Assembly (NCBI RefSeq): GCF_030684315.1
Contig: NC_081396.1
Location: 3,038,001 to 3,102,000 of the forward strand
Length of the DNA: 64,000 nt
From: Stegostoma tigrinum
Taxonomy: Eukaryota
Direction of reading: 5' to 3'
The position numbers and the translations under genes were made by a program. Below, piece after piece: positions 24,290 to 36,007 of this stretch. Every line of letters starts with the position of its first letter. Position 1 is the stretch's first letter. The notes under the pieces are model-generated. The model was not told the DNA's origin and searched no databases. It was given only the letters and a program-made list of their open reading frames with translations.

Positions 24290-27200
24290 GGAGCTGAATT
24301 GTGAATATACGCTGAGGAGAGCGTTTTAATACAGTACTTAGAGGGCCTTGCAAGAGAGGTCTGAACTTGAACTTAACTTTCAGTAATGAAGCCACCAGGT
24401 GGATAACATGTCAAACGTGAAGCATTTTGCAGATAGTGACCATCAGTCCATTGGATTCAAATTGTTCCAGAAAGAGGTAGAAATATGTCTGCATCTAAAT
24501 TCTGAAATGCGGGAAGGTCAGTTTTAATGAGATCGAGTACGATTTGTCCAGATTAGACTTGGAGACGACACTTAACTGGTAAATCTGAATCAGAGAAGGA
24601 GGACACATTAAAGAAGGGAACAGAAAGAGTACAGAGCCAACATGTGCCAATGAAGAAAAAGCGTGGAAGAAAAATGCAGTGAGCCTTGGATATCAAAGGA
24701 CATACAGGGTTAGATAAAGGGGGGGAAAGGGAGGCTTATGGCCTATGCCAAAGGCACAAAATAATGGAAGCTCTCAAAAAGTGTACAATGTACAAGGGCA
24801 AGTTTAATAAAAGAGAAATTAAGACAGCACAACAGAGCATAGAAGAAGAATGGCTGGCATAATAATGGAAAATATGTTTACAAGGAGCTGTGTTGCAAGT
24901 TGATTAGTCATGGGAAGATAACTAGGGAAATAATAGGTCCCATTGAGTGTTACAGCATCGAGAAACAGGGCGTAGGTTAAGATCTAAATTAATACATAGT
25001 GCCAGTGTTCAATAGTAAAGGGGATGATGTTGGTACAGAAATCATGGAGAAAAGCTGTGACTTTCTTTAAGAAATTAGCACAGATAAATCATTGTTCCGT
25101 GTTGTCTTGTGGGATTAAAAGTGGTTAAATTTCTGGGTTGGATGAAATGTATCCCGTGTAGTTAAGCGAGGCAACGGAGGAAATGGCTGAGGTGCTGGCA
25201 ATAATTGTGAACTCCTGTCTGGCAATAGGGGATGTGCCAAATGATTGTAGGTCAGCCAATGTGGTACCGTGAAGCAAGTGGGAGGAAACCAGAAAGCGTG
25301 AAACCACAGGACAATCAAGCCAGGCTCAGTGGTAGGGAAAATATTGGAAGCGTTTGCGAGGAACATAATTAATCTTCATTTGAAAGAGTTTAATCAAAAA
25401 TTCTCAACATGGCATGAGTGGAAGTCACTTCTAACCAACTTAAGGGGATTTTTCGAGGAGGTACATGGAATAGTGTAGGTTAGATGGGCTTGAGATCGGT
25501 ATGACAGGTCGGCACAACATCGAAGGCCGAAGGGCCTGTACTGTGCTGTAATGTTCCATGTTCTATGTAACCGGTTGTGTAGATGATAACAAAGATAAGA
25601 GTAAATGGGATCTGAGGAAATTTGACTAATTGGATCCAGAACTGACTGAGTGGCAGGAAGCATAGGTCATGAGGTGTTTGTGTAATTGAGGGTCTGTATT
25701 TAGCGCTGTGCTGCAGGGATCAGTGCTTGTATCCTTGCTGTTAGACTTGAATATAGGAGGGTATACCAGTAGTTTCGCAGATGGAACGAAAATTTTCGAG
25801 TTGGTACGTAGTGAGTTTGATAGTTGTACGCCACAGGAAGCTGAAGATGGGGTGGCCAGATAGGCTGATCAGCCGCAAATAGAAATCATTCTGGATAAGT
25901 GTGAGGTGATGCACGTGTTCAGACAAAAAAAAAGCAAGGTATAACGTTATGAATACTGCAACCCTGGGATGGGTGAACATCTTTGGTGTGCATGCCCACC
26001 GATCCTTTTTAGCACAATGACTTGCCATAAAGTCAGAGTCGTAGAGATGTACGAATGGAACAGACCGTTCGGTTCAACTCCTCCAGGCCGAACAGATATC
26101 CTGCATTGATCTAGTCTTATCTGCCAGCAGTTGACACATATCCCTGTAAACCCTTCCATTCATGCACCCGTCCAGATGCCTTTTAAATGTTGTATTTGTA
26201 CTCGACCTCACCACTTTCTCTGGCAGCTCATTCCATAAACACATCATCCTCTGCGTGGAAAATGTTGCAGTTTAGGTCCCCTTAAACCTCCCCCTACACC
26301 CTCACCTTAAATCTGTACTCTCTAGTTTTGGATTTACCTGGCCTGGCGAAAAGAACCTTGGCTATTGACTCTATCCATACTTCTCATGACTTTATAAACA
26401 TTTATCAGGTCACCCCCAGCCCCTTGCGTTCTAGGGAAAATAACACCAGCCTATTCCGCCTTTCCCCATAGCTCTAACCATCCAACCGTTACAGCATGTT
26501 CTGAGGAAGAGTCACCGGACCCGAAACGTTAACTCTGGCTTTCTTCTTCACAGGTGTTGCCAGACTCACAGAGCTTTTCCAGCAACGTTATGCTTGTAAA
26601 TCTTTTCCGGACCATTTCAAGTTTCACAATATCCATTCTATAATTGGGAGACCAGAATTGAATGCAGTGGTGGATAAAGAGGCCAAGAAAATGTGTCGGG
26701 CATTTGCCTTTATTCGCCGCGGCATTGAGTTTTAAGGGCAGGGAGATACTTCTGGAGCTTAATCAAACACAGATTAGGCCATATTAAAATATAGTGTGCA
26801 GTTCCAGAATCTATGCTATCAGGTGAATGATTACATTGGAGAGTGCATAGAAGAGATTTACCAGGGCGTTTCCCCCGGGGTGGAGAGTTTTAGTTATGAA
26901 ATGGGATTGGATAGACTTGAGCTTTCCTTGGAGCAGAGGAGATTGAGCAGGACAATGATAGGAGGAGGGAATTATGAGGGGAATAGAGAGGATAGACAAG
27001 AGAAACCTTGCCCCTTGGTAGAGTGATCAATGTCTAATGGGAACAGTTTTCACCTAAAAGCAGGACGGTTAGAAAGGAATCACTGAGAGGATGATGGAAT
27101 TGGAGCTCAGTGCCTATAAATTATGTTGAGGCTGAAACCCTCAAAACATGTCATGAGTGTTTAAAAGCATAAGCAAAATGTCAAATTATACAAGGCAATG

Positions 27201-27310
27201 GATCTAGCGTTGGCAAATTGGAATAGAACAGCTGGGTGATTATTTTGATTGGTATAGACTGGATGCGCCGAAGGGCCATTTTGTGTCCTGTATAATTCTG
27301 CAACTCTTGT
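24290..27310 (+). mobile_element. Degenerate CR1 LINE filling CH1-CH2 intron, with nested minus-strand CR1 3' end (~26040-26670) and other inserts
   Basis: Decayed APE/RT motifs (SDH, ANVVP, QGSVL, KCEVMH, SLEQRRL) and CR1 tails. Confidence 0.7.
26498..26533 (+). ncRNA. Minimal type I hammerhead ribozyme motif, family B
   Basis: gtt-CTGAGGA-A-GAGTC accg GACCC-GAAA-CGTT-aac. Stem I gtt/aac; one mismatch in stem II; GUU triplet. Confidence 0.55.
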
Positions 27311-27374
27311 GAAAAGTTTTATTTAAAATACGGTAAATCGCATTTCATTTTATCTCAGCTCCCACGTCACTTAC

Positions 27375-27674
27375 ATGGTATTCCAGTGCTCTTGTCGCGC
27401 ACGCTGTGTCGAACTTCACAGTAGATTTGGCCGCATTCCGCCTCTGATTCTGTGAGGGTTAGCTGGCTGCTCATGGTGTAAGTTCCATTCTTGTTTCTCT
27501 CCGATGGGTAAGTCTTAAATCCAGTCTTGATCGGCTCCCCACCTTTCTTCCACGTCACTGTGGTGACATCAGGGGAATAGTCTATCGCCAAACAACCATA
27601 GATGACAGAGCCGTCGGTGTTGTGTTGCTGACAGGAGGAGACGAGGCCATAAAGTGTGGGGGAAGATGGTGTCG
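27375..27674 (-). pseudogene. IGHM: IgM CH1 exon (open, 300 nt)
   Basis: tcctag|..|gtaagt; [43 protein letters not shown]...[10 protein letters not shown]...IYCEVRH. Confidence 0.95.
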
Positions 27675-28034
27675 CTAGGAAAGAGTGGGAGATTTAGCAA
27701 GTTAGACTCATTTAATTAGATATTAGTTGTTACTCAAATGTAAGGCAGCCATAAACTTATTGAAGTCAATCCCAGCTAAAATCTACAACATAAATTCAGC
27801 TTATTTTTGTTTTCTATCATTTGTTGGTCGTGATCTTCGGTTCCCTCTTTTGACGCACGCCAATATTTTTTGACCATTATCACATAATTAAGGAATAAGA
27901 ACAGTCAGATCCCATCACCACTAAATGTTTGAAAAGTTCACCAATAACGCAATTGACGCTTTCATTGAGTTGCAAGTGAGAACGGAAGAGTTTCACTAAA
28001 TAAAACCCAAAGAACTGCGGATAATGTAAATGAG

Positions 28035-28329
28035 AGCAAAAACAGCAATTGCTGGAGTCTGGCAACATCCATGGAGAGAACAGAAACTACTTCTGAGGAC
28101 ACGGAGCGTTAACTCTGATTTTTTTTCTTCTTCACAGATGCTGCCAGGCCTGCTGAGCTGTTCCGGTAGCTACCGTTTTCATTCCTGATTTACATCATCC
28201 TCAGTTCTTTCGGTTTTTATCCATGGAGAGAAATCCGAGTTAACGTTTCACGTCCAGTTACCCTTTCTCAGAACTCTGATTTCTCTTCACAGATCCTGCA
28301 GGAACTCTGAAGTTTGTCGAGCAATTCTG

Positions 28330-28330
<1 letters not shown>
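28035..28330. mobile_element. Nested Penelope-tail short elements
   Basis: Inner copy flanked by 14-bp TSD atccatggagagaa (28067-28080, 28219-28232) inside another copy. Confidence 0.7.
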
Positions 28331-28376
<46 letters not shown>

Positions 28377-28430
28377 CGCGCGTGTGTGCATGTGTGTTGG
28401 GGGGGGTGCGCGCGCGAGAGAGAGACAGAG
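28331..28430. repeat. Compound microsatellite (TG)19(CG)7(TG)3...G-run...(CG)n(AG)n
   Basis: Direct reading. Confidence 0.95.
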
Positions 28431-29339
28431 ATTCACTGTTCATTCAGCATGCCTGCATTTCTCAATCAAGAACGTTGTGGAAAAATGAATTGTCTTGCCC
28501 TTTCTATCGTTGCTGTTGTGTGGCCCGATTCACTGAAATTAAGTGCTGCAACTTCATTTTACCTCCGATTTCTCGCGCATCCAAAGATATGTAAGCATAC
28601 CGAACTGCCAAAGTAACTCTGTAATCCGTGATTACAGGAAGATAATAAAACCAATCATAAAAACCTAATGATGTGGAAATATGAAGCGGCTTTTATGATT
28701 TTCTGAGTCGTGAGACACGGTGTGAATGCTTTGGATGTAATTCCAGTCTAAAATTACAGAAAAAGAAATGATGCGGCTGAAGGGAAATTGGATTATTGCA
28801 AGACAACAAATGCCATTCGTTTCACCATTTAAGAAAAAAACTCCTCTTCCAACACAAATCTACCTGAGGTAGCGAACATTGCTAGATGGTCAGCCTAGAG
28901 TTGCGGGGGCTTGTGATCAACACTGACACCTGACTCCATGAAGTGTCTTGAATTGAGGAAATAAACAGGTGAGGCAACACGTTTCTTGTTGTCTGATCCT
29001 GCCATGCCACCTTGTATTGACTGATGAATCAACATTGCTCAAATTTGAGCATCAGCTGGAAGATGCAGAGTGTGTGAATTGGTACGGCCTGCCTTCATGG
29101 TGAGGACGTCAGTGTGTATCACCATAGGGCGAACGAATGAATTGCAACTTCTGTGTTCGAAACAATATTTGTCCCTATATTTCTCGTTTATTTTCGTTCA
29201 CGTGATGTTGGCATTGCTGTCAACAGCAGCATTCTTTGCCGTTGCTAATTGTCCAAGGAGAGTTGTTGGAGAACTACTTTCTTGCACCATTATTGCACGT
29301 TACTAAGCAAATACGCTCGCAGCATTGCTAGGATGGGAG

Positions 29340-29900
29340 TGGGAGGACTCTTGGCCCAGTAGCTGTGAAGAAGCGGTAATATCGTTAAATATAGACGGGA
29401 AGTTGCAGTTGGTTATGCTGTCATTCATCCATTGTCCCTATTCTTCTCGGTGGTAGAGGCTGTGGGTTCGGAATCTGCTGGGAAGGAGTCTGGCTGAGTT
29501 TCTACAGAAGAATTCAGAGAGAGATAACAGCAGTCCCACTCTGCATTAGTAGTGAAGGTGTGAATATTGAACGCGATGAATGGGATGCCAAATAAGTGAA
29601 GTCCTTTGCGCTGAATGGTGTCAAGAGTCTTGACGGTTATTGAAGCAGCACTCACCTAGACAAGTGGATAGTATCCCATCGCACTCCTGTCTTGTACCTT
29701 GTCGACGGTGGACAGGCATTATGGTTACAGGAGAAGAGTTACTCGGTCCAAAATGCCTGGTCTCTGACTTGGTCTCGACACCACAGTATTTACAGGGTAA
29801 CTCCAGTTCAGTTTTCGTCATTGTCAACTCGCGACACGTTGATTTTGTGGGATTCAGTAAATGGTAACGCCATTGAATGCCAAGAGAAATGTTTGAAGTC
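29340..29900 (-). mobile_element. LINE 3' fragment, same family as 50760-53180
   Basis: Minus strand MSAASITVKTLDTIQRK matches the aagcttgacactatccagaataaagcag segment of the 52.7-kb copy. Confidence 0.6.
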
Positions 29901-31310
29901 AGCGTTCTTGAAGATAGAATGTACTGGGAACAAATGTGTTGCAAAACTTAAATTTTCACTCGACAATGCAACTCAGAATGGTTTCTCTTGGAAAAAGGTT
30001 GTTGCAGTGTCATGGACAAGAGCCAATCACCACGTCTATGAGGATAGCTGTTGAGGATGACGTCAAGTCATTTGCCTGGAAATTGAAAATTCTAATTGGC
30101 AATTATCTGAATTCTGGAGGCCTCTGAAAATATGCATTCCTCCATTAGATTCAGAGACTTCGCAGTGCTAAGGCTAACTGAGCTGAACATTTACCCAGAT
30201 ATGATTCGAGAAATTAACAAGTTTAGCTTCAGTAAAGATCAAATTGACACCCAGTTCATAGCAAACCCTCTAATTTCTCAAACTGACTACCGTTCACTCA
30301 CTCTCAGTCTGGCCTTGAAATTCCACTCACATTGACAACCCCCAACCTGCCACATACCCTCTCACTCTGGGAGACACGACCCCATCATACAACAATACCA
30401 CACATTCGAGACAATCGACATTCCAGATGGGCATGTACTCTCAATTCCTTTCACCCAATTCCTTTCTTGCCTCCCTGCAAATGGCCCAAGGTGTCTTTGG
30501 CCCTGACTAGACCTGGCACCATTGTTTTCACAATACCTGACAAGACCCAAATCCCTGGGACATTACCACATCCCTCAATCTCTTACCTCTCATCTTACCC
30601 AAGCCAATGGTGCATATTGCATCTTACTTCCCTTCCCATCTATCGTTTGCCATCTGCCACTTTGCTAAAGTCCAAGCATTACAAGTTGAGATCATGTCCA
30701 CCAGCCACTTCGCTACTATGACCATCTACCATTGAAACAGCCTGCACCCTGCTGACCCACGAACTAACGAGCCTGGCACATGTCACGCCTACTGTAATTC
30801 CATCGAACTACCCTCGTCCACCAAGTACCAGTCTACTAAACTAGCTCCATGTAACTGCATTCATTTTCATTGCAGCTGGTAAGCAATGTGCATGCCATCA
30901 CATCCAGCAGCCACTCAACACATCAAAACCTACTCGCTCACCCGCACCGACTCACCACCTTCGAACTCCAGACATGCTCCATTGTAGATTCATAGAGCTA
31001 TAGAGTCATACAGTACAGAGACCGACCAGTTGGTCCAACTCACCCATGCTGGTCAGTTTCCCCAAATTAAAGTGATACCATTTGCCTTCATTGGGCTCAT
31101 AGCCCTCGAAGCCTGTTCATGTACATGTCAAAATGACTTCAAAGCTATAACTGTGTCTGCATCTACCACTTCCTCTGCCAGTTCATTCAACTACCCACCA
31201 CCCCCTGCATGAAAAAAAAATGCCGACAGATCCAACACAATCTGATGAAATGGTGGAACAGCTCAAGGGTCTGGGTGGCTTACTCCTGTTGCTATCTTCC
31301 TATCATTGAG

Positions 31311-32790
31311 TATAATAAAGTGTGTGGCTGGATGAACACAGCAGGCCAAGCAGCATCTCAGGAGCACAAAACATGGGCCATCTCCAACACATCCCTCACC
31401 TTCCTGGACCTCTCAGTCTCCATCTTAGGCAACCAGCTTGTAACTGATGTCCATTTCAAGCCCACCGACTCCCACAGCTACCTAGAATACACCTCCTCCC
31501 ACCCACCCTCCTGCAAAAATTCCATCCCCTATTCCCAATTCCTCCGCCTCCGCCGCATCTGCTCCCACCATGAGGCATTCCACTCCTGCACATCACAGAT
31601 GTCCAAGTTCTTCAAGGACCGCAACTTTCCCCCCACAGTGGTCGAGAACGTCCTTGACCGCGTCTCCCGCATTTCCCGCAACACATCCCTCACACCCCGC
31701 CCCCGCCACAACCGCCCCAAGAGGATCCCCCTCGTTCTCACACACCACCCCACCAACCTTCGGATACAACGCATCATCCTCCGACACTTCTGCCATCTAC
31801 AATCCGAGCCCACCACCTAAGACATTTTTCCATCCCCACCCTTGTCTGGCTTCTGGAGAGACCACTCTCTCTGTGACACTCTTGTTCGCTCCACACTGCC
31901 CTCCAACCCCACCACACCCGGCACCTTCCCCTGCAACCACAGGAAATGCTACACTTGCCCACACACCTCCTCCCTCGCTCCCATCCCAGGCCCCAAGATG
32001 ACTTTTCATATTATGCAGAGGTTCACCTGCACATCTGCCAATGTGGTACACTGTATCCATCGTACCCAGTGTGGCTTCCTCTACATTGGGGAAACCAAGC
32101 TGAGGCTTGGGTACCGCTTTGCAGAACACCTCCGCTCGGTTCGCAATAAACAACTGCACCTCCCAGTTGCGAACCATTCCCACTCCCTCTCCCATTCTTT
32201 AGACGACATGTCCATCATGGACCTCCTGCAGTGCCACAATGATGCCACCAGAAGGTTGCAGGAACAGAAACTCATATTCTGCTCGGGAACCCTGCAGCCC
32301 AATGGTATCAATGTGGACTTCACCAGGTTCAAAATCTCCCCTTCCCCCACTGCATCCCCAAACCAGCCCAGTTCATCCCCTCCCCTGCTGCATCACACAA
32401 CCAGTCCAGGTCTTCCCCTCCCCCTACTGCATCCCAAAACCAGCCCAGCCTGTCTCTGCCTCCCTAACCTGTTCTTCCTCTCACCCATCCCCTCCTCCCA
32501 CCGCAAGCCACACCTCCATTTCCTACCTACCAACCTCATCCCACCTCCTTGACCTGTCCATCTTCCCTGGACTGACCTATCCCCTCCCTACCTCCCTACC
32601 TATACTCTCCTCTCCACCTATCTTCTTTTCTCTCCATCTTTGATCCGCCTCCCCCTCTCTCCCTATTTATTCCAGAACCCTCACCCCACCCACCCGCTCT
32701 GATGAAGGGTCTAGGCCCGAAACGTCAGCTTTTGTGCCCCTGAGATGCTTTATTATCTTGGATTCTCCAGCATCCACAGTTCCCATTATC
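31311..32790 (+). mobile_element. 5'-truncated Penelope-like retroelement (RT C-terminus, Cys linker, GIY-YIG endonuclease, hammerhead tail) in J-C intron
   Basis: FLDL..YLEYTSSHP..IPYSQFLRLRRIC; PCNHRKCYTC; NVVHCIH..LYIGET..RFAEH in one frame with a single TAA (31818-31820). Perfect 16-bp TSD tcttcctatcattgag (31295-31310, 32791-32806). Inverted tail copy at the 5' end (31311-31370). Confidence 0.92.
32696..32729 (+). ncRNA. Minimal type I hammerhead ribozyme motif, family A, in PLE 3' region
   Basis: gct-CTGATGA-A-GGG tctagg CCC-GAAA-CGTC-agc. Stem I gct/agc, palindromic ACGT stem III, predicted cut after 32726. Confidence 0.7.
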
Positions 32791-33937
32791 TCTTCCTATC
32801 ATTGAGATATTGGTTATGATATCACTGGTGGGGAGCACTGACTGTTAAAATATTTCAATGAAAAAATGTTTGAAAACATCTATTTTAAAAGTCTTGTTGA
32901 TATTTGGAAGGTAGTATCCACAGTCTCCGTTTAAGTGGTCGAAATAATACCCACTCAATTACACCAGGCGCTACACTCTGGTGTCTTGTTGTTTTGTGAT
33001 ATTGCTTCGTCTGAAGCTCGGGCTCCAGATTAGATCACTCACATTCGGTGACTGTGGGATATCGAGTATCACTGAATTCGGTAAAACGCGTTTTCTCTAC
33101 AAACCACTTATGCTGTTTTACTGGACAACAGAGGAATTCTAATGAAAGATCAAAAAACTGAGCTCTCGAAATGAAATATTGAAATAAAAACGCAAATTGC
33201 AGAAGAGGTCTGGCAGCGCCTATGGAAGGAAGGCAACGATACGGTTTGAGTCCAGTGAGCCTTCTTCAGCAAATTGCTTTCATGTTTTCTAGCACGGGAA
33301 CTCACATCTACTGAGTTAGACTCTAGTTAAGTTTGCTTGACTTCTGCTGGAACAGGATGCTTATAGCTAAGTTATAAACAGAAGATTAACTGAAACACCC
33401 CCACCATTTGATGCAAGTCTTGGATTCAGCGGAAACTACATCCTACTGAACAGTCAAACTCTTCCTATCAGGTACAGCACTTGTTTGATATAAAGTAAAA
33501 CAAGCTCAACATTATCCTATCAAATATTCTGCGGGAGACGATTAATTCTGCGTTAGTTATAAATGCGAAAGATAGAAGAACAAGTTAGACGCTGGCATTT
33601 CGGTGGGGTGTAACTCTATCAACTCCAGGTAGCGACGCCCAAATCCCATGAACATATATTGTTTCATTTTCATAAAAAAAATTCAAGCCCAAATTACAAC
33701 CACAGTCTAAGATGGCGATTGACAGATTTCACAGGCCTCTATGTTGAGCATTCCAACAAAACTCAAATAGCTCAATGGTTCTTTATTCCTCTGAATTAAC
33801 CTGTTCAGAGATGGTATTATACCTCTGAAAAAGGTTGGAATTGAATGCAGGCCACTTTTCTCCAAGTCTGGGACACTGCTACCGCATCACAAGAGATCAG
33901 AACCTAGGAATTCGACACTCTCTAGGAAAATAAAACA

Positions 33938-34236
33938 GGGACGGCACGATAGCACAGTGGTTAGCACTGCTGCCTCACAACACCAGGGACGCAGGTTCAA
34001 TTCCAGCCTCGGGCGACTGCCTGTGTGGAGTTTGCGCACTCTCCCCGTGTCTGCATGGGCTTCCTCCCACAGTCCAAACATGCGCAGGGTAGCTGGATGG
34101 ACTATGCAAAATTGCCGGTAGTGCTCAGGGAGGTGTAGATTAGGTGGGTTATAGGGTGTGGGTCTGGGTGGGATGTTATGAGGTTCAGTGTGGACTTGTT
34201 GGGCCAAAGGTCCTGTTTCCACACTCTCGCGATTCT
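33938..34236 (+). mobile_element. HE1-like V-SINE
   Basis: A/B boxes, V-domain with internal deletion, CR1-like tail. Confidence 0.85.
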
Positions 34237-35522
34237 TAAAAAAAGAACCACTTGCTTGACAGCGCATAAACGATATTCATTTTTTCCACCTCCGAGCAAC
34301 CAGGAATAGTTATAGGGTGTTTTCACGATGGAAATAACATTTCAACAATTATCCAAGTCTACTTTGATAGCCCCTTTGAATTATACAAACTCTACAGGAA
34401 AAATGGAGGGGTAAAAAACCGAGGAATTGCGTTGCAGTAAGTTCATTCTCACTGCACTTCAACCCTGGAAATCCGTTTCGAATGGAACTGCCTGTGTACT
34501 GCACCAGAAGGTTCGGTCGAGACGAAATACATTAAAATCTTTGGAAGTACATCATTTGATCGTTGCCAGTAACACTAACAGCCCACGACAGGTTCTCTAA
34601 TTATACGATGCAAAATAATTTCTGATTCTACACTGAGCCACCAAACACTTCACGCACAACTGAGACAAGAATACAATGTGGAATATGCCATTTGCTCTGC
34701 CTCACTCGATCAAAACAAAACAAAAATCCAAAGGCAGATATATTATTACTAACAACCGATTTCAAAACTCCCGCAGTCTGTTTTTCGTTTTTGAAGCGTT
34801 CGCTCTAATTGTAACAATTTGGTCGTGGCTCTCATTTCTGAGGTGCCTAATCAAACATTATGTTTCTGTCAGACAAAAGTGTTTTTGAAGCATCAGATAA
34901 AATTGAAATATCTCAGCTACAGGAGACCAAGCCGGCCAAGACCAGTTGGCAAGACAGTCAGAAATAGCGCAGACACAAACTGTACAGCAGTTTTCATCCC
35001 AGTCGATACATCTTTTTCAATCCGTCATGTCAAATGTTACAGACTCACTATAAAAGAACTTTCATAATAGAGGTAAGCCTTAATGCGAATGAGCACAGAA
35101 GCAAGTAAACAATTCAAATCAACAGATTGAGATGAAAGAGAATCAAAAACCATCGATTCAAATGAGCAGAATGAAAAAAATAAATAAATAAGACTGAATC
35201 TAACCTGTGGTTCACGAACAAAATTAATAAACTAAACCACAAAATATAATCACGGTAAGAACATTATATGTAGGTGGAATATATTCAAAGAATTAATAAC
35301 GGTAACATAACAAAGGCATGTTTTGATCATGCATGGTAATATTTCAAACACTTTTAAATTCTTAACGTTTTTTGTCTAAAATAAAATTCGCAAATGTTCG
35401 GTGTCACTGACTTTCAACACTGTATAAGGGACTTCAGGTGTTTCAAGTAGCCCAACCACACAGAATGCCCATCTGGTAAACAAATTAAAACAAATATTGC
35501 TAAGAAAGTTCAAGGTTCTGAC

Positions 35523-35882
35523 TTGCAGACACAGTCACGACCGTCTCTTGATCCTAGTAGCCAAGTATCCAGGCTGCGCCTCTAGCACAGTAATAGATGG
35601 CGGAGTCTTCGACCTTCAGCCTCTTCATGTCCAACGTGAAGATATTGTTTGAAGTATCTTTGGATGCAGTAAAACGACCCTTAATCGTTGGCGCATAGTT
35701 ATTGCTCAATTCTGTTTCGAAGCCAACCAGCCACTCCAGCCTTTGCCCGGGAGCCTGTCGAACCCAATCCATCCAGAAGCCGTCAAGATCGAACCCGCTG
35801 ACTTGACATGTCAGTCTCAGGGAGCAACCGGGGTGGCCTGTCTCTGCCTTTGGTTGAATCAAAACAACTTCCGACTGGACGC
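35523..35882 (-). pseudogene. IGHV: Pre-joined VH-D-JH exon with stop at J Trp
   Basis: [66 protein letters not shown], 360 nt. Acceptor tttaaag, donor A|gtcaga, no heptamer after CAR. Confidence 0.93.
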
Positions 35883-36007
35883 CTTTAAAAAGAAAGCCAA
35901 AAACATGACCATCAATACTGATTAAATGATTCCTGAATCTCTTACATGCCTGAGGTAGAGTAAGACTGCGGTAGTGACAAAAGGAGACTTGAAGAATAAG
36001 CACTCAC

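Noticed and set aside
33953-33959. CACAGTG heptamer in J-C intron as leftover RSS
   Set aside because: It is part of the SINE A box and has no nonamer at 12/23 spacing. The same applies to the CACAGTG at ~31634 inside the Penelope ORF.
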